From Ascidiella aspersa (lineage: Eukaryota), in NCBI GenBank assembly GCA_963924565.1, contig OZ004609.1, positions 26,846,001 through 26,910,000 on the forward strand: a DNA stretch of 64,000 nucleotides, given 5' to 3'. Each line of letters opens with the position of its first letter. The stretch's first letter is position 1. Positions 38,365-52,200 of this stretch are shown here, in pieces. The translations under genes were made by a program, and so were the position numbers. Below the pieces are notes generated by a model, which was not told where the DNA came from, ran no database searches, and worked only from the letters and a program-made list of their open reading frames with translations.

Positions 38365-38449
38365 TAATAAGAATATCAAAGCCCTAAAAAAATATTTCAA
38401 ACGGTCAAAATGATACCTACTTCTGTATGGGCTTTGATATTCTTATTAA
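38365..38449. repeat. Short inverted repeat
   Basis: TAATAAGAATATCAAAGCCC and GGGCTTTGATATTCTTATTA form perfect 20-bp arms. Confidence 0.8.
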
Positions 38450-39811
38450 ACTTTTATTACATTGTTAAAATATTCAACTTGTAAATAAATTGTACAATAA
38501 TTTCATACAATGGTTTTAGTGGATTCTTCTTGCTGGTGTGAATTTTTCCGTGTTTCACCTAATAAAATAATTTCAAATTGCATACATAAGAATGAGACAT
38601 ATCAATTTAAACATTAAAATATGCAAATTAGTTAATGAATTTCATACCAGCAAACCTAATATTGTATTGAAAAATAAACTTTGTTAAAAAAATGCATGCT
38701 TTTTAATTATAGTCAGGTGATAGAAGCAAATGTCACTATAGCAAACTCTCAAGTTTTGAAAAAATGAGCTATTTTTGTTGAAAGTACGGTACTTATGTTT
38801 TTAACACATACATGTTTTACTTTAAATAATCATCATTATGCATAAATAAAACATTTTTTAGTGGAAATTTTACTTAGATTTTTTAAATCTTAGTTTAATG
38901 GGTTTCATGATGTTGAATAACTATTTTTTAAATAGCTTTTTTATATTTTACAGGTTGTCTGTTAGGCATACAATCACAAGTGTGGTACCTGTAGCTATAG
39001 TTAAGCTTGTTTAAAATTTGGCTTCAAGATCTGCAAGTAAAACTGCCTTATTGCAGAGTTGATTTGACCAAGCAAATATATTTTGTGGGTTATGGAGGTT
39101 TAAATATTCTTCATGGACAACAACACACCATTTTTTTTAATAAAGCATTTACTAATCAATTACCATATTTGTTGCTTAAATGTTGAACATTTGAATTCAC
39201 TTCTTTTCCACTCTAAACATACATTATGTTAATTAATAAACTTCATATTTAGTAAAGGCAAATGTTACCCCACAAAATACCTTTTTGTCCATTGTTTTAT
39301 GTATGGTAAGAGAAGTTTCCCCCAAAAAATTGATCTCTTTGACTTGTCAAGTTATCAATAAAATTCAACTTCTACTTACAAACCATGTTGTTGTAATTCT
39401 AGGGAAAAAAACATGTTATTTTAAATCTTAAAAATATGAACATGTTTTAAATTAAAATTGCTGAGTAAAACACAGCATTGTTATTCAAACGGATATTTAT
39501 TTGAAATAAACTATTCACCAGGACACCAAAGTAGTTCAGAGTGCAAGCGTTAAAGAGCGATTCAGTCAAATGGCCTATAGGCACTTGCTATTTACCAAAA
39601 TCAATTTCTGATAAAATCATTAAAATTATTGACTTCACTTAAGTCTTTTGGGCCAAATGACTTGACTTCACTTAAGTCATGTTTTTACAAATGATTTGGG
39701 TTAAAATAAAGAGTTTTTATTAAGCAATTACTTATAAAATTGGGGTATTTATCTTAATTTTTGCTTATGAAATAATTTGCTGGCTCTATGTTGCGTTTAT
39801 GTTATTTTTAG

Positions 39812-40078
39812 GGCGCTCTTTCACTATTGTACGTGAAAAGTTATGCAAAAAACAAAACAAAATAATACCGCATACCACAACGCATATTGTTAGGGTTAGG
39901 CTGCGGGTTAGCGTTTAAGTGAGGGTGGGTGAAGTAATATTATGTTTATTATTAATAATAACTTGACCCACCCTCAACCAAACGCTAACCCTAACCCAAA
40001 CAATATCCGTTGTGGTATGCGGTATTTGAAGAAAGTTTTTTTTTTATTAATTTTCACGTACATAAGTAAAAGAGCGCC
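39812..40078. mobile_element. Palindromic GGGTTAGG MITE-like element (copy 2), inside an older GACTTGACTT-type element spanning about 39600-40250
   Basis: Arms ggcgctcttt..tgtacgtgaaaa..aataccgcataccacaacg and cgttgtggtatgcggtatt..ttttcacgtaca..aaagagcgcc. The flanks resemble 62872-63333 in reverse orientation. Confidence 0.75.
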
Positions 40079-40905
40079 ATTTTTAGTTGCTAATAATCGG
40101 ACGAGTTTACAAATTTTAATGGTTTATTAATATTTTGGTTTTTGATCAGTGAATTGACTTGCTTTAATTATGACTTGACTTGGTATTTATTCGAAAAGAC
40201 TTGACTTTGTAACACATAAAGCATAACGTCATACTTCATCCAAGTATTTTCTTTATTTACAAATTACAACCAAACGAAAAATTATATTGGGACTTTCCCT
40301 AAGTGAAACCAATAGTCGAATTATTTTCTTTGGATTTCGGTGAAGTTTTGTATCACTTTGTTTTTGATTTATCTACTATGTTACAGAAAAAAATCACTTC
40401 GTCTATCTGATTTTATTGTCTTATATGATTCAAGACAAGACAACGTTCGTTATAATGTATTTTATTTATTTCAATAAAAAAATATTTAATTTAGTATCTT
40501 CGGGATAACCATTATGCAATATGCCTACCCCAATTTCATTTGCCTTGTTAATTTACGTTGCCTTGCCTTTGACGGTGTTTGTGTGAAACGCCTACCCAAA
40601 ACCACGCCAGTGACCAGTGACGTCGTTTGGCGTGAAATATTGTGGTGTTACAACAAAAAAACGGAATTCTGCCTAATTTTTCGCAGAATTTTAGCATATG
40701 ATTTTGACGAGGATCTTTTGCGGCCACAAACTGTGGAATGTAGTCGATGTCCTGATGAATTTCACGGCTGCGTAGGTTGTAATTTTGTCATTCAAATATA
40801 CTTGATTCTACAATAATATGTAGGCCTATCATTTTTGTGATCCATGTTAATTCATTCTAGAGATTTTTATTTTCATGAGGTTTCAAGTATTGACAGCGTG
40901 TAAAC

Positions 40906-41185
40906 AACAGTAAAATAATCTAGCAAAGCTAGCAATTCAGGTCAGACACATTAACCAGATCTTAAAAAGATATATATATATTTCGCCAACTAAGGCATCG
41001 TCAGTATATCTGAATAAAAACAAACGCAACAGTATAAGAATGAGTCAGAAAACATTAAAGTTAAAATATGTTTTTATTCAGATATACTGACGATGCCTTA
41101 GTTGGCGAAATATATACATATCTTTTTAAGATCTGGTTAATGTGTCTGACCTGAATTGCTAGCTTTGCTAGATTATTTTGCTGTT
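40906..41185. mobile_element. Near-perfect 117-bp inverted repeat carrying minimal hammerhead ribozymes (Penelope-like)
   Basis: Arms 40906-41022 and 41069-41185 with two mismatches and a 46-bp spacer. Confidence 0.8.
40968..41011 (-). ncRNA. Minimal type I hammerhead ribozyme motif
   Basis: Reads AGAUAUA-CUGACGA-U-GCC-uuaguu-GGC-GAAA-UAUA-UA^UAUAUCU. It has an intact core, a 7-bp stem I, a 3-bp stem II and a palindromic stem-III loop. The mirror copy on + at 41080-41123 has one stem I mismatch. Confidence 0.65.
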
Positions 41186-42347
41186 ACTGATCAGGAATTA
41201 AGGTCGACATTTATCTTGCAAGGGTCAAGGTGATTTCTATTATTCACATATTCAGTGCAACAGCGTCTAAACAAGTCATTTTTTAATGTTTTTGTCACAG
41301 CATATCAAGTCATTCTCAACAAATAAGAAGTCAATTCCAGGTCTTTGTTTACCCAAGCCAAGTCATGCAAGTAATTGCTATAGCAAGTTGTTCGTGTAGT
41401 AAAGTACGTATAGCGTCAAAATCAAATATTTTAAATTTCCAGCTTAATCACTATTTTACCTCCACTAAAACCAAAAAGGAGAAGCAAACTGTTCAAAGGA
41501 AAAATGCGACGAATGTAGCCCAATTTTCCAAATAAATATTCAAATGAAACACATTTTTAAATAAAAAATAGCCTTTGTACAAAAAGTCATGTCATTTAAA
41601 AACAATAAAAGTTGATTGAACTAAAAGTCTTAAAAACACTGTCATTCGCGACTGAGTTTCTGTGACTGAACTGACGTAGAGGTTCTTCACAGCATTTTCA
41701 AGGTGTTGAACGCAATGGTCTACCTTCAAGCCAATGTTTTGTGCCTTCACAGTGTGGACATAAATATATCATCTCACGTGCGTAACCTTTAGGTTTTGAA
41801 GAGGACCTTAGTTACCTTCATATAAACATGAAACACTAAAAACACAAGAAAAGAGCTTTTAATCGTGTCTAGCACCATATGTCAATGTGAACTTTGGGGT
41901 TCCACCGTCAAATAGTTACAGTATTATTAGGTAATGTTATAACGTAATTTTAGATTTTTCGTAAATGGTATTACTATAAATTACAGTACGGCTGAAGTTG
42001 CCTTGTCAAAGAATTTTTATAACATTATAATTAAGTTATAAGCGATTGGGCACTGCGACACAAACGTGTAGATTTAAGCCAGTCATTTAAATTAAATTAT
42101 GGAGTAAGCTAAACGGTACGTTTGGACTATCAATTAGGTCATGTAAATGCTTAATTTAGATCGGTTGAATGTCATCTCTGGTAGGACTGCGTCTTACTTT
42201 AATTGCTGGTGGAATACAAAATGGAGATGTCTAATCATGAGAAACTAAACTAAAGCACAAAATGTTCGGCGCTATGGTATACATAGCCCTGGAGTCTGGT
42301 TGTACAATATCATTACACAGTTGGGGTCGGCAAATGTGTTTTTAGGA

Positions 42348-42410
42348 ATAACTTCGCAAGTGCAAAACTTAATTGAAATTAATAATAAGTTTTGCACTTG
42401 CGAAGTAATT
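42348..42410. repeat. Short inverted repeat
   Basis: ACTTCGCAAGTGCAAAACTTA and TAAGTTTTGCACTTGCGAAGT. Confidence 0.8.
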
Positions 42411-43216
42411 GAATTAACCCGGACGTTGGTGCATAGTGTAGCTGCATTAACTATTTTTCTCTTTAAATCGAATTGCCATTTGCCTATCCAGTGGTTCTCA
42501 AACTGGGGTCCGCGGTCCATTTGGGGTCGCGGACAAAAAATTGCTAGGGGACCGTTGCGTAAATTTTTAGAAAAAGTTTGACAATCACTGGCATATACGA
42601 TAATAATAAGAAACACAGATTAGAACAGTTTAAAACTTAAAAAATAGTTTAAAAAAAAAAGAATACATGTTAATCCTTAACTAAACATTTTTTTATCTGT
42701 TTCATCATCCAGTTGAAAAACATAGACCTACTTTATGATTTATATAAATATAAGTTTATATTTTTTTGGTAAATACCATACGTTGGTTTTTTTTGGAGAA
42801 CATCTGGTTTTGTAAGACAGCCTTCGCAATGTATAGGCGAATAATCACGACTAGCGAATCAAGTTAACATGTTACAGCTACACGGTTTACGGAATGAAAT
42901 ACCTCAGGAGCGCATTGTGTTGTTTATAAAGCAATACTTTTCAAAATATATCGAAGCAAGTTTTTTTGGCATTTCGTTTAAGCGCCATAAATCCGGTCAC
43001 CTCGCGTCGACCCATCAAAATCGAATTACCAGCTTTCCGGGTGTCCGTCGTGCAGCCATCTGCACGGATTCTGCATCGGTTCGTGTTGGCAGCACGTGCG
43101 GCGCGCAGAAATACCGGTTCCGCCTGCGGCAATCAAAAAAGTCTCGGCTCAAATAATTGGCCTTTCTTCCGGAGAAGTTGCCGCACTTCTTTCTTGTTTA
43201 TGTCGTAGCCTTCGCA

Positions 43217-43223
43217 TATAAAA
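43217..43223 (+). promoter_or_regulatory. TATA box of the TIL-repeat gene
   Basis: TATAAAA in a GC-rich context 58 nt upstream of the ATG at 43275. Confidence 0.65.
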
Positions 43224-43274
43224 CGGGCGGTCAGCCTTTGGCCAACTCAATCGCTATCGGAAGAAGGCAAGAAA

Positions 43275-46200
43275 ATGAAGCTCGTCGTCAGTTTGTGTCT
43301 GACCTTTGCTCTCATATCAATCGTTCTGGCCGGAGGACCCTACCCACCACCCCCGCCGCCCATCCCACAAGGTAACTCACTTGTAAAACAGGTGCGCCAC
43401 TTTGGCCGCACTACGGTTTTCTTAATGGTTTATGTCGTCCGTAAGGAAACTTTGCTAAACCACACCAAATGCGCGCAATATCGCACGCTAAACGTGGAAG
43501 CTATTAAAACTGAGATGCCGCTTCATTTTAACTTCGTACTTTTGAAATAATTATTGAATATATGATGTGAATGGTTTAATAAAACCGAAAGTTATTTATC
43601 TGTTTTATTATTATATTTTGGTTTTAATTGTTTTTCAACCTCTGTATTTCATCCCCTTCTAATATTTTGAAGTCCCCTTCTAATATTTTGAAAATTCTCG
43701 AACCGATATTTCAACTCAATCGTATCGACGTAAATAACTTTTAAGGGCATTACGCGATAACGACATTTTGATTTATTCATTGAACCAACAACGCATATTT
43801 AAGATTCTGTGAGTTTAAAATATTTTTTTTTAAATGAAGTAAAAAACTTTATTTACGAAAACGAATGTTAAGACTTTGTTTAACTTTTATATCGCATGCA
43901 AATAAAACTATCTTTTAAAGTTGCATCTGGGTGTTTGGTGCTTAAATTTGCCATAATTGGTTGTTATACGTTTTGCAGTTTACATTCTGCTATTTTTATG
44001 ACATAAGGACGACATTTTATTGCACTTTAACATAACGTTTTTTTTTAATTAAGTACCTGAAAACACGTTGACGACAGAAGGTAGTTGTATTTATTAACTG
44101 TGTAATAGACAGGTACATTTTAAAATTCTTATACATTAATTGTCTTCAAAATGTGTTACGTATTCTGACTGCAATAAAACGATCGACGAATGTTAAACTG
44201 TTACAAATACACTCGCTTAGCCTTTACCGCCCACGATACGTTACACCAGTGGTCGGCAAACTTCTTTTGTCGCGGCCCAAAGCACTATTCAGATATTTGT
44301 TTCAACGAAAAATATTATACGGCGCCTCGATGCCCAAAACACTGTCATGCCATAACGTAAAACATACTATGAAAAGAAGAATATACGCCCGAAGCGCGAA
44401 AAAATTTGCGTTTACATATAAAGTTGACAAAAAATGTAGTTCGACAGGCTCTCAGGACCACATTTGGCAAGAGGGTCTGAACAACACTGAGATCATATAA
44501 ACAATTCTTAGACACACGAACAAAAAAGTGCAATAAATGTACGGCTATCACGCGGTCCACAACTACATCATAACACTAATCTATTCAAAATTGACCCGCG
44601 GCCAACTAAAAATGGCTCTGCGGCCAAACTGTTTGCCGACCACTGCGTTGCACAGTGGTACACAGAAAATGGAGATAAATATATTATACGTATGAACAAA
44701 ACTATAAGTTTCGCCCAGCAAGAATCTATGTACACCTATTGACGTCGACCCGATTGGTTACTTCGCAATCAATAAAACGAATTTATTATGACAGAAAAGT
44801 TGCCATATGTAAAAACCTACGATTGGGAACCTTGTAGGCGCACTCATATAATAACGCCCAATAGAACTTTAGGTCATCTGCTGCCGTGTCAAAATAGATC
44901 ATGGCGTGACATTGCAGATTTTCGCTTATGTTTCTGTATACATCGGCTAGAATTAGCGCTATTTAGTGGCGATTAAGTGTGTTTAGTTTGGCAATAAATG
45001 CGAATTGCGGGAGTTTTCCGCAATCAATAGTTAACTTAAAGCTTTTTTTTCAAAAGGACAGAAATGACTATGGTACACAAACAAAGTCATTGCTTCAGGC
45101 GAATTAACTTCTCAGCACTACGCGACTTAACTCAACTCATAGCATTAGCAAGAAATCGGACGTTAATAGCCAGGAATGAACGTCACGCTCTACCTGTTTA
45201 CAACTAGCTGTATTATTTAATTAGAAATTCGGCTTCCCAAACTAAAAACTTCGTGCCCCAGGCTTATTTGTTCCATTGAAAATGGTTACTATTTTTGTTC
45301 GATTCTCTTAACTCTACAATTGGTGAGGTGACTCACGTCGATGACCTTAGTTGACATGGTTTTCTAATTTAAAAAACAAATTCTAACACCTATGTTTAAA
45401 TTTCGTATAATTTCTAGTGTACAACAAACGTAGAGACAAAAATAAATAAGACCAAACATACAGAAACCAAATTGACTGTGTCCAAAATAAAGTTTAATAA
45501 GTCCTTATTCGTTTTCAACAATGAAAGATGTATGTTCATATTAAAGACCTACAGGCTAGACCTTTTTAACTCCTTACTCGCTTACTGTGTTAATCAATTC
45601 CTAACAAACGTTTTATTTGGAGAAGTGTCCTTTATTGTGTACCGTAAAATACAAATAAGCCCTTTGAATTGAACATTTGCACTCAGCGATAGCAGTTATG
45701 TTCATGTTTAAAGTACTTTGATTCGTACACGATTTCTTAACAGCCGTGTGCCAATCGTGCACAAAATAAAGCGAAAACATTGAGTTGTAAAGTCGTTTTT
45801 AACAACTACAGTTTATGTTAAAAATAACTTAACTTTTCCAGCCAACATGCTCTTAGATTATAGAGAATCCCAAATGACGGAACGCTTACGATTTTTCAGG
45901 AGACTGTCCAACCGATCGTCCACCCCAGGTATGCCCCGTGCCGCCGTGTGCTGACAAAAAGTGTCCAAGCTTTCCCGGTTTTCGCTGCGTCAATGACCAA
46001 TGTGGAGGTTGCTTTGCCAAGCTGTACGATGGCCCTGTACCACTGGACGAGAAACAGTGCAACAGTAGGTCTTGTTGCTGCTGTTTTTTGTTGTCCAAGA
46101 GACACTTTAACGATTACTTCAATTGGCGATGTCGTATATAACTAAATTGTTTCCCTTTGGTATTTCCTAAACTGTACCTACTCCACCTTAAATCAAAATA

Positions 46201-49200
46201 ATCATGTAGCGATACTAACAATGTTCCAAATTCGCCCCACCTGACTGACATACAAGATTCTACATATAGGCCTACATCGTATTCCAATTGCTTAAGGATA
46301 GCATATATTTGTAACGGCTGATGTGTCCCGTGTCTAAGTTTATCTATTAAACATTATTTCCAATGCTGTTACAATATATTATGTCGTTACGAATACAAAC
46401 AGACTAATTGTCAATTTGGCTTATCTGCAGGGTGCCCGTCAAACCAGGTCTACTATCAAAGTTTCAGGCCCTGTCTGAAGAGGTGTTATGGTGTGCCGAG
46501 CCATTGTCCTGACGGTTGTTTTCCGAATGCTGGATGCTCTTGTCTCCCAGGCCTATATTGGAACGGGAGAGAATGTGTGGCAAACTGTGGTTAGTGGCCA
46601 CTCTTTATTGTTTTAAATTATTGTTTATTTAAAATATATATGGGACAACTTAAAAGCCTAGTTCTACAAACCATGATGTGTTCGGCCTTAAATAGTTAGG
46701 ACTAATTTAAATTTTCTTTATAGTTTGCAAGCGAAGGATAAAATACATGCAACCAAAATCACTGAGGGACCTTATTATGTAGATGAAGACAAAATATGTT
46801 TTAAAAGTTTATACACTTTTAAAAAAATTTGTACTCAGGCTTTTGTTTTTGCTTTAATGAGTTGCAGGAATTATACTAATATTTTCTTTCTAAAAACAAT
46901 AAAGTCGAATTGCAAACCCAACACGTGTATTTTTGGTCAGGCCCACATAAAAGCTGTTAACGTATCCCGTTAAACAGAAGTTCTCCTGACCTTTCGCGAT
47001 AATTAAATTCAAAAACTGAGTTCAGAAGGTCGTTAGTCGTTGTGCCGGGACAGACGGAAATTTTCTGTTGACACCAAGATATTTTTAACCTAATTGATCT
47101 CCTGGAACCCAGTAATGCGCTACGGAAACGTCCAAATCTTAATATCCCGAAAGTCGGAGACGACTGGTATTTTTACCACGACTAATTGTCACGTTGTCTA
47201 GCTTCGGGTCTCTGAAAGCTCTTTGCAGCGATGAACGTATGCAGCTGCAATCGTCACTGACCTTTAACACAAACCATTTATTAATTGTGTATTGCCATGT
47301 ACGTGCTTCACGGTGTAGGATAATATACACATGCGTCGCCTAACGAAAGTAGACCGCGTTGATATAATAGGCGCTCACTGATACTGAACTTTAATTGAAG
47401 GTCCTTGTCCGCCCGGAGTTGCTCTGGCTAAGTGCACTGCCGACCCGTGTACGAACGCGGTATGTCCCGCGTTTTCCGACGCCATTTGTAACAGCGATTT
47501 CTGCGGAGGCTGCAATGCAATTTTTACCTTGGGAGGCAACAAGTTGACCAACTTTGATTGTAACCCAAGTAAGTGAGAATTTAGTAACTGCTAATAAACA
47601 AGTTACTGGGCAAGTTCGTGTATGTGCCAAAATGACATGACTTATTAAAAAACGAAGGCGTGGTTTTATTATGGGTCTAACAGAAATCCCAAATTGATTA
47701 AAAGAAAACTGCTTTGTTTGTTACGGCATTTGTTCGCTATTGCTACAGGAAAAATATGTTGACAAATGACAACCCGATTAATTCTAAACATATCGAAATT
47801 AAATAGCCTTTCGAATTTCTAATGGTTTTGTTAAAAACAGATGTTTCCCTTTTCGTGACAAATATCAACCCTGATATTCCTAACGCAGTTACTTTAAGTG
47901 ATAAACATATCTAGAACAGTTTCTCGCATCATTCTCTATTTTCCTTAGGTAGCTTTCGTTTTGGGGAACATAAGACGAATATAGGAGACAAACATTTTTT
48001 CGTATTTTTTACAAAAAAGTTTCAATCATGCTTTTAGCGAACTGTCCTCCCGGCTCGACCGTCGTCAATTGCCTGGTGAACCCCTGCGACGGCCACCACT
48101 GCCCGCAGGTGCCTGGCGCCAAGTGCGTGGCCAACTTTTGCGGTGGCTGCAACGCCGTGTTCTACGACAACGGTAGAAAGCTGAAGGCCGCCGAGTGTGT
48201 GACCAGTAAGTTTATCGTTATCTTCCTTATCTAAGGAATTTAATTTGTTCGATTGCAAACCCCTTCGAACTAAACGAGCTTAAGTCGTTGTAGACGCCAA
48301 TGTCTCGCAATCCTTTGGGCGTGTAGGACGTTTCGCTCAAGAAATGTGTAGGACGGGATGTTTCATAGTGAACCAGCTATAGACTTATTTTTAAGCGTAT
48401 TAAGTGTAGCTTTGCTAACTATTTTGGTGTAACATTTTAGTAGCTGAAAGGAGCCTACTCCCACACAGCAGTATATGCTAAATCTAGACAAAACTTTATT
48501 CCACATTATTCATATCGCACGGGATTTAAAAACCTTTAGGCTGCGATTTATAAGTAAAGTCTTAAATGAAATAATACAAGGTATCGAGTTTACACCTTAT
48601 TTATGCAAGCTGCTTTGCGAACGGCATCAAACTATAAAAGACATCAACGTAATTAAAAACTGACAAGCCAAACATCGACTCAAACTGTCAAAATCCATCC
48701 AACGCAATTCTTCGAATTATACGCCAAACGACATCGTATCTTTTCAGAATGTCCAGGCGGGAAGACCTATCATCGCTGCAAGCCTTGCGAGAGCGATTGC
48801 CTCCCGGGTCTCCCGCGTCCCGAGCTCGGGTGCGTTCCCGGCTGTGCGTGCCCCAAAGGAACCTTCTGGAGCAAGAATTGGAAGCACTGCGTCAAGCGCG
48901 AACACTGCAGTGAGTAAAGTGTTTTTTTCACGACCGCTTTGTTACGATCATTTTTACAATCGTTGTATTTTTAAGTGTATTAGTTCTTATAACCCATTGT
49001 TGTATTAGTCGATGATTAGATTGCCCAGGTAACTCGAAATTGGATGCTAAAAAAGCCTAAGCTCTTTATTCTGTAAAAAAGTATTTACGATATTTTAAAA
49101 CTTTATTCGGGTGCGCTTCTATGTTTCTCTCAAACCAACAGCGTCAAGGTATTAGTTCGTTAAAATAATTTCATCATAGAACTTAAGCATGATAAACGCT

Positions 49201-52200
49201 TATTTTAACTAAAGAATGCAAAATTCTTCCTAAGTGCTTCATGAGCTAGTGTTTAAAAAAATCCTAATACTTGACGCATAATGGGGCTTTAAGAAATACC
49301 ATTTTTAAAAGCATATGTTTGGCAGGCTGTCCAAAGCACCAGATCTACCATGCGTGCAAGCCGTGTGGTAACGACTGCAAGTACGCCAACGACCCCCTCA
49401 CATGCATTGCCCAGTGCCAACCCGGGTGTGCTTGTCCGCGCGGAACCTACTGGAACGAGGCGACCAAAAACTGCGTTCAAAAAGCCCAATGTGGACAAGG
49501 TTGGCGTTTTACGACAGCTAATTGGTATTAGTAAATAGGTAGTTAGTCGCTCGTCGGTCCTACTGTTGTTCTGTGCAAAAAGCAAACTCTTGCAGTCGTT
49601 TTGCTGTTACGACGCAGAGGTTGAGCGACGGTCTCAGTATGGCCAAGGTTGTGAGTTTGAAAATGATAGTAGGATAGGTTTTTCTAGCCTTGTCTTGTTG
49701 CATTTTTATCGTGAAATGGATAACTGGTCGAATTTTGACAACAGCACAAAACCACAATACTAACTGGTATGACACAGGGATAATACAACACTATATATTA
49801 TAGTGATCTAGGCAAAAGCTCTGGTATTAAGAGGTTACCGCTAGACAACGTCTTACACTTTGTTTACTAATTTAAATTTGGTGCATGATTCAGAAAATAC
49901 CGCTTTATTTACAACGGTTATTGCTTATATGAGAACAGTAGTTAGATAACCGGAACAACGCAAGTATGTCAAGTTGCAAACTTTGTCATACCGAGTTGAC
50001 TTCGTATTCAAATTTAAAAACATCAAATTTAACCTTCAGGTTCCAGGGACATCGTTGGGTAGTTTGTCTTAGCACTTTATATGTATATCACTGTGGTATG
50101 ACAACGTATACTTGTCCCTCGCGCACATGCAGAACTCTTCCTTCAGTTCAACTAGCATCCTTTCTGGGAAACATTCTATTATACAACTATTATGACAATT
50201 TAATTGATGTTTTTACTCATCTTTGGTACAACCAAATGCGCTTTTCATTTCATCCACACACATAGAACGAAAAGTCAATAAACTAGGCTGTAATATGAAT
50301 AACGATATATTAGTTTAATTTGGGTTTGAAATAAAGAAAAATGTTATATTAACAAATTACTATTCATAAAACACACAATAAAAGGTTATGTAATTAAGCC
50401 AAGTTAACGTTTGCGCTTATTTGTGAAACTAATAACACCCCTTTAAACTAAAGTGTTGCAAATTAACGCGTATCCATTGTTTAGCAGTCGTTTGAATTAT
50501 CTACATTGCCTATATTTTTCTTTGCAGTATGTATTTCCAACCAAGTTTACTTCCCAAAATGCAAGCCTTGTTTGAACGAATGTGACAAAAAGTTGCAAGT
50601 CTGTCCTGCCATCTGTCAATCTGGTTGTTCGTGCCCCCGAACTATGAAATGGGACGGCGAGAACTGTGTGCCCGCCTGTCCTAGACAGTGTAAGTTAACG
50701 TGACATGGAAAATCCAAAATCTAAAAATGAGTTTCTTGTTATGTATATTGCTTTCACATCCGTAAGTTTTCGAAATGAGTTTTACGCGATTGCTCTATCG
50801 CGTGATTTTCGGTTCTTTGAAACGCTACCAAATTATGTGTCTCAAAATTGTTTGATAAAAAATTCACAATTGGTAAGATATGGTATATATTTCTGTGCTT
50901 GTTGTCAAACAATTCGTGCGTGAAATCATTTGCCTGGTTACGTCAAATAAACCCTTGCGCTATAGAGCAGGGGAGTGTAAAGTGCTACCCGCAAAGAGAT
51001 AATATGTGGCCCGCAAGGGGCTTTAGTAATGGCCAGGCGACAGAAATACTAATGGAGAGTATAGTTTTGCAGCCAGAAAAACTTACAGCTAAATAAGTTG
51101 GGTTTCGCCCAGTCAATTTGTCAAGTTTTTAATGCAAATCCATCGAGAAAAATTAATAGCACCTATTCTGGGTAAGATGTTGTCGGTTAACGAGTATTGC
51201 TTCAGTATATATGACCTGGCTTGGCATTTCCTAAACGTTACACGTAAGCAATGGGCATATTTTCCAGCACGGAATCACTTCAAAACTGACGCTAATGAAC
51301 ACTTATCAACTTTATTGAAAGCATTTTAGATAAATGGGACTGGATCAATGACAAATGCCTTTTACCCGCGCTCCAATTTGCACACACACTTTGGCCTGTT
51401 AAACTGACCCATGGGACTTGGTCTTTAAGGTGGCAATAACTAATAAAGGTATTTGCTTGTTCACAAAGTGCGATTTTGTGTTGGCACGTGGATAATCCGC
51501 GTTTTTTGGCCCGCCAGCAACGGGTACTTGCGACATTTCGCATTTCGCCGAAACGCTGTGACATATAAAATACGTCTAGGATCGGGATTCGCGATTTCCT
51601 GCACGTTCGTTTCTGTTTTTGTCATTGTTTGGCAGCATTGTAACATTTCCTTTTGTTTAGTGTGTCAAAAGAAAGGACAAGTGCTGCATAAGTGCAAGCC
51701 GTGTGGTCGAGAGTGCAAGTACGCCTACAAACCTGTAGCATGTACCTTGGAATGCAAGCCGGGCTGTGCCTGCCGCAAGGACTACTACTGGCACCCATCT
51801 AAAAATGAATGCGTCCGAAAGTTACAGTGTCTACCATCACCAACTGGTAAGATTTTTTTAAGGCAAAAGATTTTCAAGTTATAAAATGACACCAAATTAC
51901 CAACTGCGGTAAGAACATTCTCTGAACGCAAAAAAGAAAACGCGTCTTAATGTTTAACAGAAATGCGTTAACGCGTTACTTATATTGCTTCACATGCGCG
52001 AATAAAGGCCTGCGTCGTTATTGCAATCCCTGCACTCGTTTTGTCTGCAAACAATTTACAGCCTTTGAAACTCGAAGTTCATAAATTGTTCTTCTTTTGG
52101 ATTTTGTGCCGTGTTTTAAAACTTGTTTGTTTAATTTTATACCCTTAATCAATACCTTTAAACATCCTACAGCTTCCGAAAGCCTACGCGCAAAAAAGGC

